Below, in pieces: positions 13,476 to 28,239 of a stretch of DNA of 64,000 bases. The DNA is from Octopus vulgaris (taxonomy: Eukaryota), in assembly GCA_951406725.2 (NCBI GenBank), contig OX597825.1, positions 19,406,001 to 19,470,000 of the forward strand, given 5' to 3'. The position numbers and the translations under genes were made by a program. The notes beneath the pieces are model-generated. The model did no database searches. It was not told the origin of the DNA and saw only the letters and a list, made by a program, of their open reading frames with translations. Position 1 is the first letter of the stretch, and each line of letters starts with the position of its first letter.

Positions 13476-14028
13476 GGATCTTCAATGGATTTAGAACACG
13501 TGTTTTAATATTGTGTAAAAATGGAAGGAAAAAGTTTATAGAAATTTGTATAGATGGTAAAAACGCAAAATACTGTCCGCAAACAGGTTTCTAAATGAAG
13601 AAAATAGAAAGCATTTTAAATCAAATCATTGTTAATTATCAAAACATCAGAAGTGAAAGTTTTACATATCGAATTGCATAACGATTGTTCATCAATCTAT
13701 AAGGGTGATCAACACGATGACTCGTGAAAATTAACCGAAATGATTGGATTCCGTTCTCCAAAACAAATATTTAATGCTGACACGAAGACATTATTCAGGA
13801 AAAAAGAAACGCAAAATAGAACGTCTATATCAAGAAGTTAAAAGTCGCTAGCGAAGCGACATCATCGACACATCGAATTATATTATTATACAGCTGTAAG
13901 GCATTACATGAAAGCTTTCTTACGACACAGCTAAAATGTTAATCTGCAGTGATTTTATTTTACTGGTGTAAATATAAACAAGAACACGGGCATCCACCTT
14001 TGTATATGTACGTGTGTATATGTGTATA

Positions 14029-14080
<52 letters not shown>

Positions 14081-14525
14081 ATACAGACAGAGAATGGAGG
14101 AAGTACAGAAGATTGAATTAACGCGGATCAGCAAGAATCATTCACAAAAATCCCTCATACGGTTAACAAACTCAGCAAGGTCATTCATGGTTGCAATATG
14201 AACGCTTTTCATCCCAGAACACGGTTTGTAGCCCAATATGACGCGTAATTAAACTTGTTACAACAGCAATAACATGTAACAGCAACATTTTCATTTCATT
14301 ATTGCCCACTGAGAGCACTTTCGTATAAACATCCTGAAACATTGTAATAGGGCTAACCACAGCGTGTTGCTGTAAAGCAAAAATATATATAGGAAAGCGG
14401 AAGGAAAGGTAATGACTATATACACGGAACATATTAAGTTATTTGATAAATATTAAAAACAGAATATATGTGTGTGTGTGTGAAAGAGAGACTGTGCGTC
14501 TACGTATGAAAACGTATCTTTATGT

Positions 14526-14574
<49 letters not shown>

Positions 14575-14592
14575 CGTGCGTCCGTGCGTGTC

Positions 14593-14636
<44 letters not shown>

Positions 14637-14645
14637 CGTGCGTGC

Positions 14646-14686
<41 letters not shown>

Positions 14687-14774
14687 TTGATATATATATA
14701 GATATACGCATATACATATATATATGCACGCACATGCATGTACATGTGTATGCATATATGTATGTGCGTATATG

Positions 14775-14821
<47 letters not shown>

Positions 14822-14849
14822 ACACATATATATATATATACATATATAC

Positions 14850-14880
<31 letters not shown>

Positions 14881-14893
14881 CACACATATATAT

Positions 14894-14932
<39 letters not shown>

Positions 14933-16285
14933 TATATATATACACACATACATATATGCACACATATCTATGTATGTCTATATATCTGTGTGTTCTTGTT
15001 CGTGTGTGTGTGTGTGTGTTTTCGTGTGTCACATCTTAAAAAGACGGTAAAATGATGCTATAATTTAGATTAAGTGCAGAACATAGATTAGATAAACCAC
15101 ACCCGTAGGAACGAGAATATATCTTCTAAATTAAATGAGAACACAGCAAATCTATGAACAAACCCCACTTCCCATTCTCGTCATTTTCACAATTCCAACA
15201 TAGAATACCTTCAGAAATCCGTCGTGATTTGAACCCTCGTATGATTGTTAGCTGTTGGCACAGGTAATTGATCAAGGTCTTGGTTCCTCTTCACATATGT
15301 GGCTAATGGTTATCTGGAAATAACAGTTTAGGCGCTTTAACATTGCTGTTATTATATCTATTGCAGTTTTCCATTGTGTCCTTTCCTTTGATTTTTCAGG
15401 TTTCCACAACAGAAAGCATGCAGTTGGTTCTTACTTCTACATGTGTAATAGTTTTTGTTTCTATCTTGCACTAGTATCAGTCCAAATCAAGAGCTGATAT
15501 CAAGCCGAAGATCTTTTTAATGTTTCTGTTTTTTTAATTGTTTGTTTTGTTTTGTGTTTCGCCATACTACATTATATCACATTACCACACATTGCCGCAC
15601 GAGTTTGTAAGCAAGTATGTGACGTAGCGAGACATCCCGTTGCCTAAACAAGCCATCCTTCTGAGGACAAGATACATTGAAATGTGAAGTATATTTATTA
15701 CATTTAAATAATGTTTTATAAATGAATAATTAGAAATGTATGCGTTCTTATCCAAGAAACAGTTGTAGGTTTAGAATAAAGACAAAATCGCCGCCGTGAA
15801 ACTTTGTCTACATATAAATATATAATTATGTGTGTGTATTTGAGTGCGCGTGTGTTTCGCATTTTATTACACACGCACTCATATTTGTGTGCGTATATAT
15901 GCATGTAAGTGTGTATACAGAAGGGAACCAGTGATATTCTAATTATGTCGAAGTACCCCGATACACATCAACGTATGTAGAGGACTAATAGACGTAGTGA
16001 AAATAATCGAAATACTGCCATACTTACATACTTAATACTCAAATCTCAAATGTATTGATAAATAAATTCTGAATAGAACGAAGCGATAGAAATGGCAATC
16101 CAATCCAAATCTATTTCTCTAGTCATATGATAATTTTGCGTGGTCACACATACAAAATTCTCTCAATATTAAAGAGACACATTGACAGAGCCCATTCTTT
16201 GACTCTGAGTAGAGTACTGCCTTCAAATCTCATCGTGAACGTCTATGCCGTCTTTTGTGGTTTCGGTTCATAAATACTCGTCAAT

Positions 16286-16520
16286 TACTGGCGAGGATCA
16301 ACTAACTACCCTATAGTCCAGGGTGGTGCGTGGGGTGATGTAAACGGGCAGTGTTAGAGCTATACCATCGGGAACTTCGGTTCCTGGTAGGGCCACCCAA
16401 GGCGGATTGGTCTGGCACCGAGCGGTGTTAGGGCCGCAGACTAGCCAACGGTGTAAATTCCAAGAGGCGTCTGATCGGCAACTGGCTGCTCACATATGCA
16501 CCCTTCACACCACGCAGGGT
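16286..16520 (+). mobile_element. Probable isolated 5' UTR of an RTE-clade LINE
   Basis: GC-rich island; gagctatacc...cctggtagggccacccaaggcgga.tggtc resembles RTE/Expander 5' ends as I recall them; no ORF follows. Confidence 0.5.
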
Positions 16521-17247
16521 TCAAGATATGTAGGAAAATATATAATATATATATAATGTACATTTAGCAGGACACATATTTGCTGTTTAAATCTCGTGAA
16601 CTGAAGACTATAGTTAGTTTACCACAGAGCTACCCTGAACAACAGTTGACATTGCCACGTTGTCTGCAATTGTAAAGAGCGTCTTCAACGAAGCAGAAGA
16701 GTTTGACATAATGGCGACGTGTACAGTGTTTACTACATAGATGTACACTTTAGTGTCAACCAATAAAATATCTTCACTGAGGTTCATGGCAATTATTTAT
16801 CAATAAAACGAATAATAACACATAAAATGTACAATCGACAAAAAAAAGACTGTTCTATTTCGAAAAATAAAACGATACCTTCGAGCTATAATAAAGATAT
16901 TACGATACATTTATCGATATATATATATAGTGGCTTAGGTGCATAACATTTAAAATGGCGCTGTAGCTATTTGTTTAGTAGCCTAACGCATTCCAAATAA
17001 GTAGAGATGCAAAATTTTAACCCGTTTAAAAGGATGTAAATGACCTTCAGACACACCTGATTTTCCTCAAAGATATTAATATTACGTGTATAAATAAAAA
17101 ATAAATATTATTCATTCAGAATGCCTTTTTCTTTATACCTTGTTAATTTTGAAATAACCGCTGAGAAATCTGTACGGTTTCGCTTAGAATCCTCGCATTT
17201 GTAAAGAAACATATGCTGAAGAATACACGCACACACATACACACTCA

Positions 17248-17310
<63 letters not shown>

Positions 17311-17425
17311 TACACACACATACCACCACGCACACACAAACATACACACAAATATACACACGCAAACACACGCAAGCACATACACATATACATACATATA
17401 CCTACAGACACGCAACACATGTATA

Positions 17426-18162
17426 CGAGATCTGATCAAACGTATAGAGATTGTTGCCATAGTAACGAAGCTAAAGCACGCCGCATAGAAACATTTGGCA
17501 AAGGTTGACCTGCAACTCTGCCGTGTATGGGCACTAAGTTTTAACGTTCTAGCTCGCTTCCGCTGTTTACCGCAATGCTTGGACGGAAGGTGTGTAGCGT
17601 GTGATCGTTGCATTGACCATGACAGAGAAAGTTGTCATGTCGATACCTGCTCAGAGGCCTACGCAAAGATGCAGAGAAAGTATATAGAAAGGAGTGTATG
17701 ATCTGCACACAAGTCTACGAGTGGTCTGAACGTTATCAGAGGATGTGCAGAGGAGCTACAATTCCCTTCGGTCCATTATCACTGAAAATTTCGGTATGAG
17801 ACGCGTGTTTGTCACGTATATACCAAAACTGCTTTCAGCTGACAAAAATGAAACACGGTTTTCAGTTGCACAAGATCTCCTTGATTGTGTCAAGAACGAT
17901 AGGGATCTTTGCGTAAGCCTCTGATCAGTATCGCCAAGCTTATGGCTAAATGTGATGCAGATTCTCTGCTCAGCTGTCTCTATCAGATGAATGCGACGAT
18001 CACACGCTACACACTTTCCATCCTCGCACTGCTGTAAACAGCGGGTGTAAGCTAGAACATTAAACCTTAATGCACATGGCCAATCTCTGCCGAGCGACTT
18101 CACTCTGCCTGCTTTAGTTTGTTACTATAGCAACAGCCCGGATATTTATTGATCAGTCTGAG
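17426..18162. mobile_element. Mariner-derived foldback element with TA TSD
   Basis: TA-cgagatctgatcaa...ttgatcagtctgag-TA; ~250-bp inverted arms; the centre encodes RSIITENFGMRRVFVTYIPKLLSADKNETRFSVAQDLL, the mariner WVP(K/H)xL region. Confidence 0.8.
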
Positions 18163-18320
18163 TATTTATACGTGTCTGTGGAGATAGTGTGTTTGGTAAA
18201 TGAGAATAGAAACGAGGAGAAAAAGCGAAAATATTAAATAGGAACGATATATATATATATGCGTGTGTGTGAGGTGTGTGTGTGTATGGTTGTATGTATA
18301 TACGTATACACACATATATG

Positions 18321-18391
<71 letters not shown>

Positions 18392-18392
<1 letters not shown>

Positions 18393-18670
18393 AAATGTAA
18401 AAAAATACAAACTGGGACAAGAACGTGAAACATTTAGAAGACGATACAAAAAACACTGACGGGACATTCGAAGCCTTCAATCTTCAGTCAAGAACCGGAC
18501 CATCTTCGCAATTTCGGCTGATTATATACATTATAATTCACAAAAGTAAAAAAAAGACGAAGACAGGTGGAGAACAGACGAGGTCGCCAGAATTCTGGAA
18601 AAAATTTGTTTTTATTTAGTCATTATTATTAATAGCGCTTTCATCCGTTTCGCAAACTTGTCAAATAAAT
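18392..18670 (-). mobile_element. Composite PLE-like terminal fragments next to (TA)n
   Basis: aaaagacgaagacaggtgg (~18552) matches the end of the hammerhead-bearing family at 32726 and 53395. Confidence 0.4.
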
Positions 18671-18773
18671 TTTTTTTAGTGAATAAACAAACAGGTTGTT
18701 TATTTATATAAAAGAGATGCTTTTTTTGTTTTATTTAGACGAGGAGAACATTGTTTTTGTGTTTTGTGTTAGG

Positions 18774-18836
<63 letters not shown>

Positions 18837-19258
18837 GTAGGTAGATAGATAGATAGAGAGACAGACAGAAAGATACGTAGAAAGAGGCAGAGTGGGGAGA
18901 AACCCCTTCTATTTTGACTTCCATTCTTTTATTTATTTTATATTTAGTCATTTACCATCCTATGAGTTCAAGGATGGTGATCTGTGCTAAGGGCATATTT
19001 CTCTTTTTGACCTTTTTTGTTTTTTCCGTTTTTTTCTTCTTCTGAAGGTGCCAGAAGGCAAATAGATATGTTTCTATTAAAATCTAAATGTGTGTGTGTG
19101 TGTGTGTGCGTGAGTGTGTGTGAGTGTGTGCGTGTGTGCGCATGCGTCCCTATGTGTTCATGTGTTTGGAAATATATCTGTCTACACTGTGTACATTCGA
19201 TGTTTTGCATTGAAAAATAAAGTCAGGTTTCTTTTAATTTCATGCTTTTGCACATATA

Positions 19259-19649
19259 GGCGCAGGAGTGGCTGTGTGGTAAGTAGCTTGCTAACCAACC
19301 ACATGGTTCCGGGTTCAATCCCACTGCGTGGCATCTTGGTCAAGTGTCTTCTGCTATAGCCCCGGGCCGACCAATGCCTTCTGAGTGGATTTGGTAGACG
19401 GAAACTGAAAGAAGCCTGTCGTATATATGTATATGTGCATGTGTGTGTCTGTGTTTGTCCCCCTAGCATTGCTTGACAACCGATGCTGGTGTATTTACGT
19501 CCCCGTCACTTAGCGGTTCGGCAAAAGAGACCGATAGAATAAGTACTGGGCTTACAAAGAATAAGTCCCTGGGTCGATTTGCTCGACTAAAGGCGGTGCT
19601 CCAGCATGGCCGCAATCAAATGACTGAAACAAATAAAAGAGTAAAAGAG
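19259..19649 (+). mobile_element. SINE family A, full length
   Basis: ggcgcaggagtggctgtgtggtaag (A box) ... gggttcaatccc (B box) ... tail aaataaaagagtaaaagag. Confidence 0.93.
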
Positions 19650-20084
19650 TATATATGCGCATGCACACGCGCACACGCGCACCCACGCACATGCACATGC
19701 GCGCACATTCACACACGCACGCATATTGAAATTTTCATAGACCCTTTACTCTTCCCTCTGGCACCTTAAGTAAAAAAAACGGAAACAAAGAGAAAAAGAC
19801 AATGAGGCCCTCATTGTTCACCGTACCCCTTCGTAGGAGAGCTGACTATCCTTGAACTCATTTCAGTTGAACGGTAAATGACTTAATAAATAAATCAAAA
19901 TTGAAGAGGAGTGCCGTCCTCCCCCTTCTCTCTCTCTCTCTCTCTATCTGTCTGTCTGCCTATCTATCTATCTATCTATCTATCTTCATTGTCCTGGGCC
20001 TCTACCCCACCAAAAATAAAAAAAACAAAAACAATGCACTCGTCTAAACAAAGCAAAAATTTTAAAAAAATCTGTACCTGATGG

Positions 20085-20509
20085 TACTCTTTTACTCTCT
20101 TTTACTCTTTTACTTTTTTCAGTCATTTGACTGCGGCCATGCTGGAGCACCGCCTTTACTCGAGCAACTCGACCCCGGGACTTATTCTTTTGTAAGCCCA
20201 GTGCTTATTCTATCGATCTCTTTTGCCGAACCGCTAAGTAACGGGGACATAAACACACCAGCATCGGTTGTCAAGCAATGCTAGGGGACAAACACAGACA
20301 CACAAACTCACACACGCATACATATATATATATATATACATATATACGACAGGCTTCTTTCAGTTTCCGTCTACCAAATCCACTCACAAGACTTTGGTCG
20401 ACCCGAGGCTATAGTAGAAGACACTTGCCCAAGGTGCCACGCAGTAGGACTGAACCTGGAACCATGTGGTTGGTAGACAAGCTACTTACCACAGAGCCAC
20501 TCCTGCGCC
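20085..20509 (-). mobile_element. SINE family A, full length
   Basis: Near-identical reverse complement of 19259-19649. Confidence 0.93.
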
Positions 20510-20643
20510 TACATTCACAAAAATAACAAAATCACTCATAATAATGAGTAAATAAAAAAGTTATTTTTCCAAAATTCTAGCGACCTCCTCTTTGCTCAAT
20601 ATTCAATATCTTTACACCACTTAGAACATTCTATACATATATT

Positions 20644-22287
<1,644 letters not shown>

Positions 22288-22322
22288 GAAAGTTTGTTTG
22301 GTAAAGCACGTGGGTGAATATA

Positions 22323-22476
22323 TAAGAAAATAGTAAAGTGTGAAAAAACGACAGAAGGCTTAAATGTTAAAAAATATATATATTTGTGTCAAATATATAT
22401 ATATATTTGACACAAATATATATATTTTTTAACATTTAAGCCTTCTGTCGTTTTTTCACACTTTACCATTTTCTTA
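22323..22476. repeat. 154-bp near-perfect palindrome (PLE-like terminus foldback)
   Basis: 77-bp arms, one mismatch (22332/22467), no spacer; the arm shares gtgaaaaaac.acagaaggctt with 898-919. Confidence 0.9.
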
Positions 22477-22841
22477 AATATATATATATGTGTGTGTGTG
22501 TGTATGTATTTTAACCCGTTTATTTGTGTGTGAAAGGCCTCGACAATTTATGAGTATAAAAATTTTGAATTAATCAAAGTCTGCAATACTGATATTCCAA
22601 GTATTCGAACGGAAATGCGCATCTAACGAGATCTTGAAACTGCTAGAGTTCTGCTTAATGCAAATTGCACGGATAAACACTTAAGTAATTAGAAATATAT
22701 GACCCAGACACAGAGAACGAACAATTTGTATTAATGCGATTCATGCTGATGAAGTCGTATAATTGGAATTAGCGACACAATATATTCAACGGCTGACAAA
22801 ATAAACACGAGTAATATCACGCGAAAATGTGATTATCAATG

Positions 22842-22972
<131 letters not shown>

Positions 22973-22973
22973 A

Positions 22974-23160
22974 AAGTGAAGAGGTGGCAGAAGCGTTAAG
23001 CACGCCGGGCGAAATGCTGAGCTGTAATTCGTCTTCCGCTAAGTTCTGAGCTAAAACTCAGCCGGGGTCGATAAATAAAGTACCAGTGTAACATTGGGGT
23101 TGATTTAATCGACTCGATCCTCTCCACAAATGTGAAGCCTTGTGTCTCCATTAGAAAGGA
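22974..23160 (+). mobile_element. SINE family B, short diverged copy
   Basis: ggtggcagaagcgttaagcacgccgggcgaaatgc head and gccttgtgtc...tagaaagga end. Confidence 0.75.
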
Positions 23161-23174
23161 ATATTATTATTATT

Positions 23175-23425
23175 GAGTGAGAAAGCAGTGCATGCCATCA
23201 AAGTGAAACTGGGGTAAAATATACGAAGCCCAGTATACCCATCATGACTAACTGTCTTATAAGGATACACTAGGCACATGCATCACAACCATGTGTGCGC
23301 AACATGGGGATCTCATATCAAGATAAACAGCTGATGACCTTGCAGGTGGGGCCCAGTTAGAATTTCTCTCTGGTCGAGTAACCCATCCCGCTCAAAAGGT
23401 CCCTGAATAAGGGTTGCATAAGGAT
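23175..23425 (-). mobile_element. Probable 3' end of a non-LTR retroelement with an (AAT)n tail
   Basis: Minus strand ends gatggcatgcactgctttctcactc-aataataataat; GC-balanced and non-coding; family not determined. Confidence 0.45.
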
Positions 23426-23685
23426 ATGGTATAGTCTGTTAAGAACGTAGCAAACTACAATATAAAGCTCGTTTACCTTGAGATTTTTTCATGTACTATT
23501 CAGTAGTAGTATTATACGTAGTCCGAGGTTTGCGCTTGGGACTTCTGTCGAGTGTGAATGCATTATAGAGAAAATTTAGAGTAAAAAAAATGGAGAACGG
23601 CTGGATATTTGTTTTCAGTCACAACAAATATTTCTACGTAACGTAATTCTCCAGTCGTTCCTACATGTTGATACCAAATTCTTTG

Positions 23686-23751
<66 letters not shown>

Positions 23752-23759
23752 TAATGAAG

Positions 23760-23818
<59 letters not shown>

Positions 23819-23819
<1 letters not shown>

Positions 23820-25074
23820 GGATGCACCACCCAAAGGCAGACGTAGATCGCCTTTACCTTCCCAGAGCCCAAGGAGGTCGAGGCCTGATCCAATTTGAAC
23901 TAGCTTACAAAACAACCACAATTGGACTGGCCAAATATCTCGAAATATCGAATGACTGGATGCTAAAGCTCGTGGAAAATCACGAAAGACGAAAGAAGCT
24001 TCATTCTATCATAAAGGAAAGCAAAAAATTTGCTATTGATCTCGTGCAGGATACCCAAACTGAACAACCCGAGGGAAGTACGGCAACAATTGTTGCAAAG
24101 AAGGTGAAAATGATGGCAATGAAAAAAGCGCACGAGCAATTGGCTGATAGGTGGGAGGAGAAACCTCTGCACGGCAAATATGTGACCCGCAGCAAACAAG
24201 CTGATGTTGACCAGAAGCAAACCCATCAGTGGCTACGGAGCTCAGGGCTAAAAGCAGAGAGCGAAGGTTTCATCCTGGCTGCTCAAGATCAAAGCCTATT
24301 GACCCGGAACTATCAGGCCAATGTGATGAAAAATGGAGCAGACCCAAAATGCCGATTCTGCAACGACATGATTGAAACAGTGGACCACCTAATCTCTGGA
24401 TGTAAAGTCTTAGCACCAGTGGAGTATAAATTAAGACATGACAGAGTTGGCCAATATCTCCACTGGCTAATAAGTCGGCATTACAATATCAAAACTGCCG
24501 ACAAGTGGTATAATCACCACCCTGAGGCTGTAACTGAAGGAGAAATTGTAACCATTCTGTGGGACTTTCCAGTACATACAGACCGAACCATCAAGGCCAA
24601 TAAACCAGATATTGTTGTGAAAGACCAAAACAATAAAGTTTGCTTATTGATCGACATGAGCATCCCCTGTGATCATAATATCTCAGCGAAAGAGTTTGAC
24701 AAGCTCAGAAAATATAAAGACCTACTCATTGAAATCGAGAAAATGTGGCATCTCAAGGCGGTTACAATACCAGTGATCGTAGGAGCACTAGGAATGATCA
24801 AGAAGGGAACCGAAAATTATATGAGAATGATCCCTGGTTTACCATCCCTGCAAGAAGTGCAAAAGATTGTCTTAACTGGTACATCACACGTATTGAGAAG
24901 AGCATTGTCGATGTGAGAACTGTTGCTGCTCATGTATATAACAAAAAAAAAAAATGAACGAACTACTGAGTTTGGTTTAATGGCCTACCAATGTATACAA
25001 TGAGTTTCTTTGCCCTAGGAGTCGGGAAGACACTCGGCAAGAAATGGAAGCAAATTTGAAAGAAGAAAAAAAAA
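23819..25074 (+). mobile_element. 5'-truncated R4/Dong-like non-LTR retrotransposon inserted in (TAA)n
   Basis: Bounded by (TAA)n on both sides (23749-23818, 25076-25108); ORF, then a ~160-bp 3' UTR and an A-rich end. Confidence 0.88.
23822..24916 (+). CDS. C-terminal half of an RLE-type retrotransposon protein (post-RT region, CCHC zinc knuckle, PD-(D/E)xK endonuclease); the ATG is probably internal
   Basis: Uninterrupted 364 aa with RLYLPRAQGGRGL, CRFC-x8-H-x4-C (CRFCNDMIETVDHLISGC), RHD, KPDIVV...LIDMSIP...K..KY and IVGALG motifs. Confidence 0.9.
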   Translation: MHHPKADVDRLYLPRAQGGRGLIQFELAYKTTTIGLAKYLEISNDWMLKLVENHERRKKLHSIIKESKKFAIDLVQDTQTEQPEGSTATIVAKKVKMMAMKKAHEQLADRWEEKPLHGKYVTRSKQADVDQKQTHQWLRSSGLKAESEGFILAAQDQSLLTRNYQANVMKNGADPKCRFCNDMIETVDHLISGCKVLAPVEYKLRHDRVGQYLHWLISRHYNIKTADKWYNHHPEAVTEGEIVTILWDFPVHTDRTIKANKPDIVVKDQNNKVCLLIDMSIPCDHNISAKEFDKLRKYKDLLIEIEKMWHLKAVTIPVIVGALGMIKKGTENYMRMIPGLPSLQEVQKIVLTGTSHVLRRALSM

Positions 25075-25227
25075 GTAATACAATAATAATAATAATAATA
25101 ATAATAATAGGGAGTATAACTCCAAAATTACAGGGAAAAATTCAATTTAGTACTAAACCAATTTTCACAATATAAATATAAATATATATATAAATATATA
25201 ATTATCTCTAATTTATATTATATATAT

Positions 25228-25390
25228 ATATACGACGGGCTCCTTTCAGTTTTCGCCTGTGAAATCTACTCACAAGTCTTTGGTGAGCACGAGATAAAAC
25301 TAGAATACTCGAGCTCAAGGTACCACGCAGTGGGACTGAACTGAGTACCATATTGTGGGGAAGCAAACTTCCTATCACACAGCCACGGCA
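25228..25390 (-). mobile_element. SINE family A, 5' half
   Basis: tacgacgggctcctttcag...ccacgcagtgggactgaac...cacagccac. Confidence 0.8.
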
Positions 25391-26103
25391 TGTGACTATG
25401 TATAAATACATATGAAGAAAGAAAGAAGCAAAAATGAAAGGAAATATGACAGAAAATAGAAAAAGAAACACCAGAGAAAAATATAAGAGTAACGTACATA
25501 CAACAAATTGATAGATAAAAATATAGATAGATAGATATACATAGCGACAGAGAGACATAAAACGCTCGCTTCCGAATGTATGTTTGTGACCATATAAGGA
25601 ATAATACAATGCATTACAATAGAAAGAAATATGAATAAAATAGAAGTTAAAACTACTAAGTTATGACTGTAAACTATCTCCAGAACAACCCTAATCATTT
25701 ATCAAAAATATATAACTGATGCGTGAACATATGTGGCCAAATGAAATATTTGTAAACTAATGTTATTAAACAATCTGCGGTATGCATTAAATTTTATCGA
25801 GACTACATCGTGTGGATCTACAAATGAAAACATTGACAAGATTGGTCATAGATAACTTTGTATTGCAAATAAACTACTATTCGTATCTTGTTGAAACATT
25901 TGCATAGACAACGACAGATACACACATACACACACACACATATATACCGGCATATATTAAGGCTACCGTTTGCAAAACTGTATTTATAGGAAATATTACA
26001 ATAGGTATAACGAACATACACACACATGTATATATATATATATATGATGTAAAATATGAAGTATATACATAGAGAGAGATAATATGATATACATACATAC
26101 ATA

Positions 26104-26154
<51 letters not shown>

Positions 26155-26617
26155 GTGTGTATATATATACATATACATACATTCATATATGCATCTGTCT
26201 ACGTATGTGAATATGCAAATCAACGCATATATGTTTGAAAATGAAAGGGGATATAGGTAGTTACAAACACATAACAATGTACGATAAAACATTGTATTCG
26301 AGTATAGAGCATACAAATATAGGACTGGAAAACTTCTGTACAATTATGCAAATTGAAATATACTTATATGTATATCTATTAAGACATATGCAAAGATGTT
26401 TCCAACACAGAAACAGAAGCACACACACACAGACACATATGCAAACACACACATATATTTGCATCCCTGTGTGTGTATAAATATATATATATATATACAT
26501 ACACATATATATAACTACTACATATATATATATGCTTATAAATATGTATATATATATTTACATACATACACATGCATATATGGGTACAAGACGTCGTCTG
26601 TATGTGTGTAGGCGAAG

Positions 26618-26664
<47 letters not shown>

Positions 26665-27451
26665 AAAAGAGTGTCTCATAGATACAATCTTGTGTTTGTA
26701 TCCATAAAGATATGCTGAGTAATACGTTTCTTTGTCATTTGTAATATAGTAACATCGTCTTACAATCATATTAAAGCATCTGCAATAAGATCCACGTTTT
26801 ATCTCGTTCTGTTTAGAATTCTCTTCATGTATATTATTTCCGAAACAACATGGTGAAACTTTTTTTTTTTCAATAGTTCAATATTTGTAGAAATTAATAT
26901 AGAAAGAGTGACACAAGCCATCACATTTAGACGTGCACGCTCACAGTCGCACATAAACACATATACACATACATAACAGTAAATAATTTTGAGCGTACTG
27001 CATGAATATATATGCATATATACGTGTGTGCCTCTGTAGTCTTACATAGTCCCATTGAAATTTTTGCGTGTGCATAAATATGTATATATATGTACATATA
27101 TATATATGTATATTTATATATATATATATGTATATTTATATATATATAGTTATATTTATATACAAATATAAATTTATATTTATATGCATATATATATATA
27201 TTTATATATATATATATGTATGCATATGTATATGTGCACATATATAAAATATATGCTATACATAACTATATATATATGTGTATATAGGTATTCATGTACA
27301 TACACCTATTTTACATCGTATGTACACATGAGATATATGCTTTTATATAAAAGTAGCATATATACAGGTATGTGTGTATGTGTATACAAAGAGAGAGAAA
27401 GAGAGAGATGCATATATATACATATACACACATACACACACACACACACAT

Positions 27452-27506
<55 letters not shown>

Positions 27507-27649
27507 CATTTATACACAAGTATATATGTGCACATTTACATACATCATAAATGCATCATTATATATGCGTGTGTTTGAAAATTGCGCGTGTCGCTGTATA
27601 TATGTATGTTTATCTGTATATGTTTGTGTGTGTCTGTGTGTATGTATAC

Positions 27650-27700
<51 letters not shown>

Positions 27701-28207
27701 GGCACATTTATATATCCTTATGTACATACATATATATATAGGCACATTTATATATACTTATGTACATATATATATATATACATATACATGCAAACATACA
27801 TTCATATGCATATCTCTATCTATGTATCATATGAAATTATTGATCTCCTTAGAGAGCATGAAAATAGATAAATAGAAGTACAGGAAGAGAATTAATATTT
27901 CAATCTCTGAATTGGCAAAAAATCAACTGTAAATAAATTTGGCAAATAACCAAATATTGTATATCCATGCATTCATCTGATAGCAGAAGATAGAATCAAT
28001 ATTTGATTCGGAAATGGATACTTTGCCGTATAATCTTTCATGTTAAAGAATATCGTCGCATAAAACGACTCTTAGAAAAATGGTTTCGTATATACACCCG
28101 AATATATCTCATCTTACGTAAAAGAACCTTGAGATTAGCGTACATATTCCTTAGACAGAAAGGAAACTACGAAAGAAAATTTTCTATCTCACCCCTCTTT
28201 TCAATCG

Positions 28208-28239
<32 letters not shown>

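Noticed and set aside
18455-18520. Minus-strand gaaa...ctgaaga (permuted hammerhead?), similar at 52935-52965
   Set aside because: Consistent stems I-III could not be built.
19182-20526. Recurrent ORFs with [15 protein letters not shown]...[11 protein letters not shown]
   Set aside because: Antisense translations of SINE A, not a protein family.
22746-22785. ctgatga-a-gtcg...cgac hammerhead-like start
   Set aside because: Stem II is followed by acaat, not GAAA, and there is no stem III or stem I.
23330-23375. ctgatga within the 23.2-kb repeat
   Set aside because: No GAAA, stem III or cleavage triplet in the right geometry.
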